NCBI GenBank assembly: GCA_042217585.1
Contig: JBDGSJ010000003.1
Coordinates: forward strand, 1-31,976
Origin: Candidatus Nanohaloarchaea archaeon
GTDB lineage: Archaea; Nanohalarchaeota; Nanosalinia; Nanosalinales; Nanosalinaceae
Length of the DNA: 31,976 bases
Direction: 5' to 3'
This document shows, piece after piece, positions 28,425 through 31,976 of this stretch (position 1 is its first letter; each line of letters starts with the position of its first letter). The position numbers and the translations under genes are program-made. The notes below the pieces were generated by a model. It had not been told where the DNA came from. It did no database searches and was given only the letters and a program-made list of their open reading frames with translations.

Positions 28425-29401
28425 AAATCCTCCAGGCTGGACTGGTTCTTCTTGAGAGGTCTTGCCGAGTAACCGAACTCACGTGAAAGATGAGATGCGA
28501 ACGCCTCGTCGAAGCCGTGCATCGTGTACACCCGGTCAGGATCAACCGTCCTCACAAGCTCGACGAGATCATCGAAGCCGCAGTGATCTGAGAACGGGAA
28601 GTAACGGTCGAACCTGTCCGAGTCATCCGAGTGGACCGCCCATCCCGAGAACCCTGCCTTCGAGCCGCCGGTCCTCTCCACCCGTTCGTCCACCCAGTCC
28701 TGCCTCGCCGCCTTCGGAGGACCGATGAAGACCGAGTCCCTGCCAAGTTCCACATCAGAATCGTAGGGTTCAGCGCGGAAGGACAGGTCCGTCGCCTCCT
28801 CGACAGCGTCGTTCATCTTCTTCACCGCGCCGTGCGCCACGATCCTCCTCTCAGTGTTCTGCTGGACGAGGTACTGGATCTTCTGCGCCTTCCCCAGCGA
28901 GTAACCGAAAAGGAAAAGCGGTCCCTCCGCGTCCTCCATCCAGTCCAGAATCCTCTTCTCAAGCTCCTCCTGTTCCGGCAACCGGTACGCAGGGATTCCA
29001 TATGTCGATTCGACGACTAGGATATCGGCATCCGGCGGACTGAAGCCTTCGATGTATGCCCGGTCCCTCAGTGAAACATCGCCGGTGTATAGATATCTCT
29101 CCTCCCCGCCGAACAGCGAGGCACGGGAGCCGATTATATGGCCCGAAGGTATCAGTTCCACATCGTGGTCCTCGGTTCTCTGAATATCATCCCCGGTCCT
29201 GGCCTCCGCGAGCCTGAAGGTCTCATCCGAGCAGATCACCTCACCGTTCCCCCGGTGAAGGTGATCGAAATGCGCGTGCGACACCAGATTCACGTCACCG
29301 ACCGAGGTCTTCGAATCCGCCACGTAACACCGGTCCAGCTCGAAATGGACACCGTCCTTCTCTCTTATCACACTGAACAACTGGCGGGCAACTGGTTTCA
29401 A
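28421..29401 (-). CDS. MBL-fold beta-CASP nuclease
   Basis: SHAHFDH, GHIIGS, YTGD, ESTYG, YSLGKAQ, SDHCGF, HG; TTG start. Confidence 0.88.
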   Translation of the reverse strand: MKPVARQLFSVIREKDGVHFELDRCYVADSKTSVGDVNLVSHAHFDHLHRGNGEVICSDETFRLAEARTGDDIQRTEDHDVELIPSGHIIGSRASLFGGEERYLYTGDVSLRDRAYIEGFSPPDADILVVESTYGIPAYRLPEQEELEKRILDWMEDAEGPLFLFGYSLGKAQKIQYLVQQNTERRIVAHGAVKKMNDAVEEATDLSFRAEPYDSDVELGRDSVFIGPPKAARQDWVDERVERTGGSKAGFSGWAVHSDDSDRFDRYFPFSDHCGFDDLVELVRTVDPDRVYTMHGFDEAFASHLSREFGYSARPLKKNQSSLEDF

Positions 29402-29423
29402 TCCCCGCCTCAGGTCGGTCAGG

Positions 29424-29430
29424 TTTTAAA
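29424..29430. promoter_or_regulatory. TATA-like box between divergent nuclease and tRNA-Trp genes
   Basis: TTTTAAA about 23-29 nt from both gene starts. Confidence 0.5.
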
Positions 29431-29458
29431 GAGTACAGTGACAATTCCCCGCTGTACA

Positions 29459-29641
29459 GGGGGAATGGTGTAACCTGGTATCATATCGGACTCCAGACTT
29501 TTCGAATGGAGTGCTGAGCACCGGGCGACCGGTCCGAGAAAGGCCCCGCCTTTCGACGCGATGACGAGCTGTCGGATCTACGCCGTCCTTATGGCGAAAA
29601 GGAGATATCCGACGATCCGGGTTCAAATCCCGGTTCCCCCA
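29459..29641 (+). tRNA. tRNA-Trp (CCA) with 110-nt intron at 37/38
   Basis: Acceptor GGGGGAA/TTCCCCC-A, anticodon stem TCGGA/TCCGA, loop CTCCAG|A, GGTTCAAATCC T-arm, CTCC/GGAG central helix of a BHB-like motif. Confidence 0.95.
29497..29606 (+). ncRNA. tRNA-Trp intron encoding a box C/D-like guide RNA
   Basis: Guide TGGAGT followed by CTGA (29514-17), ATGACGA (29561-67), guide GTCGGATCT (29571-79), terminal stem TTTTCG/CGAAAA. Confidence 0.8.
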
Positions 29642-29679
29642 TAGTTCTTTTTCCCCCGCGTTAAACCGTCTTTGAGGGC

Positions 29680-30126
29680 TTAATTCTCTCTTTTACCGGG
29701 TCTGTGGCGCGGGGTCCTGTGTTCCTTGTCTCTCTCGAAATCCTTTTTTTCTCCTTCCTCCATCAGTATGACGAGACCGGTAGCCGGAAGCGCCACCAGA
29801 ACAAGTGAGAGGACCGCAACGCGGTACCATACTCCCGCCGGCACCCCCATGCCTATGAAGAAAGAGCTGAGGGTCAGGAGTAGTCCCAGGACCGCTGCGA
29901 GGTAGAGAAATGAACCCAGGTACTCGGCTTTCCCGTGCATGAATCCTCCGACGAAAAGTGAGGCGCCGTAGGCCGACATGATCACTATCAGGGCTATCGG
30001 GGCGACACCTTTGTTCGCAACATCTGTAAGGGTCAAAGACTTTCCGACCATCGGTATCAGTATCATGAGGAATCCGGTAGCCATGATGACGAAGTTCATG
30101 TTCTCTGTAAAGTCAAGGAGACCCAT
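29680..30126 (-). CDS. Hypothetical 4-TM membrane protein
   Basis: Four hydrophobic segments, charged C-terminal tail. Confidence 0.7.
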   Translation of the reverse strand: MGLLDFTENMNFVIMATGFLMILIPMVGKSLTLTDVANKGVAPIALIVIMSAYGASLFVGGFMHGKAEYLGSFLYLAAVLGLLLTLSSFFIGMGVPAGVWYRVAVLSLVLVALPATGLVILMEEGEKKDFERDKEHRTPRHRPGKREN

Positions 30127-30168
30127 CAAGTGAGAAATTGTGGCGCTGAACTAAAACTGTTTGGTGGG

Positions 30169-30594
30169 TCAGTCCCTGTACCATTCGCGGACCTGTCTGC
30201 CCGCGTCGTAGAGAGAACTCCCGGCGGAGTATAAAGCCGGTCCAAACTTCTCCAGAAGCGGTCCTCCGGCCCTCCCGATGTTTCTCCTCAGTACTCCGCT
30301 CTTCATGGCGACCTGGCCCGCCGAGAAGGCAAGTATCGCTCCCGAGAGAAACGTTTTCAGACCTCCTGCGTTCGCCATGACATAAATGCCCCCGGCGGCG
30401 CCTGCCGTCACACCGACATCGAAAGCGGTCTTTCCCGGACCTTCAAGGATGCGGTTCACGGTCTCAAGGAAATCATCGTCCTGATCCAGCTCCTTTCCCG
30501 CAGATTCAAGGGTTTCAGGACCGTAACGTGGGAAGTCAACGCCGTAGACCGGTCTCTCGTACTCTTCCCATCCGGTTTCTGCGGGCTCCGACAT
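30169..30594 (-). CDS. Hypothetical protein with Gly/Ala-rich hydrophobic hairpin
   Basis: ATG start downstream of TTTTTAA (minus strand); acidic N-terminus. Confidence 0.65.
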   Translation of the reverse strand: MSEPAETGWEEYERPVYGVDFPRYGPETLESAGKELDQDDDFLETVNRILEGPGKTAFDVGVTAGAAGGIYVMANAGGLKTFLSGAILAFSAGQVAMKSGVLRRNIGRAGGPLLEKFGPALYSAGSSLYDAGRQVREWYRD

Positions 30595-30687
30595 ACCAGG
30601 TGAATAGTGGGGACTTTTCTTAAAAACAGGTACCGATAGTTCACCGTATCAAAACATTTTTTAAGAGTCTTTCTCTGATTCTTAGTT

Positions 30688-31377
30688 ATGTCAGAGGAAT
30701 CAAGCGACGATCTGCTCGCTGGAACTGTAGATGAAGTGAAGGAAAAAATCAGAGAGGCGGATAATCCTGATCTGACCTCTCTGCTTTCCGATGAAAAGGA
30801 AGGAAAAGACAGGAAGACCGTGAAGGATTTTATCGAATCCCTCATGGAAGGTGAAGAAGATCAGGAAGAAGAAAGCTCGGAGGAGAACCCCACAGACGAG
30901 GTAGAGGAGGATAAAGAGAGCGAAGAACCTGTGGAATCTGCTACTGAGCCTTCGACAGACTTTTTCAGCGGCCTTTCCTCCGAGGTTGTCTTCGTTGGAG
31001 GAATAACGATCGGTCTTCTGGTCGGTCTCGCTGTTGCGGTCGGTTCGGGCATGATGAGTGCTCCATCGACCACGGCTCCCGGAGGCATGGCGTCCGTTCA
31101 GGATGTCAACAGTTCCATCACGGAACTCCTCTCTGCCGGAGGTTCTATGAACACGACCTCCGTGACAGGTATCGAGGAGAGGAACGGGATCTACGAGGTC
31201 AACCTGACTTCACAGGTCACGGTGGGCAACCAGACCCGCACCAGGACCACCACCTATTACGTAACCGGCGACGGAGAAAAACTGATTTCCGGTTACGGAA
31301 TCCAGATGGTGGACATCCAGGAAACCATCGACCGTGTCAAGAACTCAAAGAACCAGCAGAGCAGTTCACAGCAGTAA
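30688..31377 (+). CDS. Hypothetical single-pass membrane protein
   Basis: Acidic N-terminus with EKEGKDRKTV, one TM, Thr-rich external domain with GIYEV...YVTGDGEKL. Confidence 0.75.
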   Translation: MSEESSDDLLAGTVDEVKEKIREADNPDLTSLLSDEKEGKDRKTVKDFIESLMEGEEDQEEESSEENPTDEVEEDKESEEPVESATEPSTDFFSGLSSEVVFVGGITIGLLVGLAVAVGSGMMSAPSTTAPGGMASVQDVNSSITELLSAGGSMNTTSVTGIEERNGIYEVNLTSQVTVGNQTRTRTTTYYVTGDGEKLISGYGIQMVDIQETIDRVKNSKNQQSSSQQ

Positions 31378-31378
31378 A

Positions 31379-31409
31379 GCCGCATCTACTGCGGCCTTTT
31401 CATATTTTT
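31379..31409 (+). terminator. Hairpin plus T-tracts
   Basis: GCCGCA-tctac-TGCGGC followed by CTTTT and TTTTT immediately after the stop. Confidence 0.55.
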
Positions 31410-31470
31410 CTTACCGGAGAAAGGAAAGTTGTAAAACCGTCCGGAGAAAAGGATTCTACAGGTGAAATAG

Positions 31471-31976
31471 GTGACTGAACAGACTCTGATCGATCTACCG
31501 TACGGTAAAGACGCTCTTGAACCCTTTATCTCCGAACAGGTCCTGGAATGGCATCACGATGTCCACCATCAGGGATACGTGAACGGCTGGAACTCCGCGG
31601 AGGAAAAGCTGGAGGACCAGCGTGAAGAGGAGGATTTCTCCGATACCGGATCGATCCTCAGGGATTTCACCCACAACTTCTGCGGCAACATACTGCACGA
31701 GATCTTCTGGCACAATATGAGCCCTGAGGGCGGAGGAAGACCAGAGGGCGAACTGAAGGACCGGATCGAGGAGGACTTCGGAAGTTTCGAGAACTGGAAG
31801 GAAGAGTTCCGGCAGGCGGCGAAGGCCGCGTCCGGATGGGCCCTGCTGGTCTACGTACCCTACAGCAACGAGCTCCACAACGTCGTTGTCGACGGTCACG
31901 ATGACGGGGCGGTCTGGGGCGCCCATCCGATCATGGCTCTCGACGTCTGGGAGCACAGTTACTACCACGACTACGG
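31471..31976 (+). CDS. sod: Fe/Mn superoxide dismutase (runs off the window end)
   Basis: Manual translation from GTG: MTEQTLIDLPYGKDALEPFISEQVLEWHHDVHHQGYVNG...LHEIFW...DVWEHSYY; missing from the ORF track because there is no stop. Confidence 0.95.
   Translation, partial: MTEQTLIDLPYGKDALEPFISEQVLEWHHDVHHQGYVNGWNSAEEKLEDQREEEDFSDTGSILRDFTHNFCGNILHEIFWHNMSPEGGGRPEGELKDRIEEDFGSFENWKEEFRQAAKAASGWALLVYVPYSNELHNVVVDGHDDGAVWGAHPIMALDVWEHSYYHDY

Noticed and set aside
29433..29466. ATTCCCC complementary to the tRNA-Trp 5' end, plus a GTACAG/CTGTAC inverted repeat
   Set aside because: Short, and mostly between the TATA box and the likely start site, so probably not transcribed
29426..29626. 66-aa minus-strand ORF
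   Set aside because: Antisense to tRNA-Trp
31495..31968. 157-aa minus-strand ORF
   Set aside because: Antisense to the SOD gene

Overview
A gene-dense archaeal window with a strongly acidic proteome. Class I LysRS, an intron-containing tRNA-Trp, TATA-like promoters and very compact gene packing fit an extreme halophile, most likely a DPANN nanohaloarchaeon (inference). Contents: an AddAB/AdnAB-like helicase-nuclease pair flanked by Cys/His-rich micro-proteins; a UppS-family prenyltransferase; a MacB/LolD-type ABC operon with a COG1361 protein and a divergent GbsR/MarR regulator; geranylgeranyl reductase; a LEA_2 protein; a 2Fe-2S ferredoxin; M50 and rhomboid proteases; lysS; TraB; roadblock/LC7; several hypotheticals; tRNA-Leu(UAG); a GATase and glmS; an HTH / nuclease-fold / TOPRIM cluster facing a beta-CASP nuclease; tRNA-Trp(CCA) with a 110-nt intron; and a 3'-truncated Fe/Mn SOD. 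Most notable: (1) the tRNA-Trp intron looks like a reduced box C/D guide RNA whose second guide matches the spliced exon junction; (2) two unannotated convergent zinc-finger micro-ORFs; (3) a 69-bp exact repeat shared by two divergent permease paralogs; (4) a possible minimal signalling module near the roadblock gene. No CRISPR array, transposase or integrase was found. All family calls come from motif recognition, not database searches.
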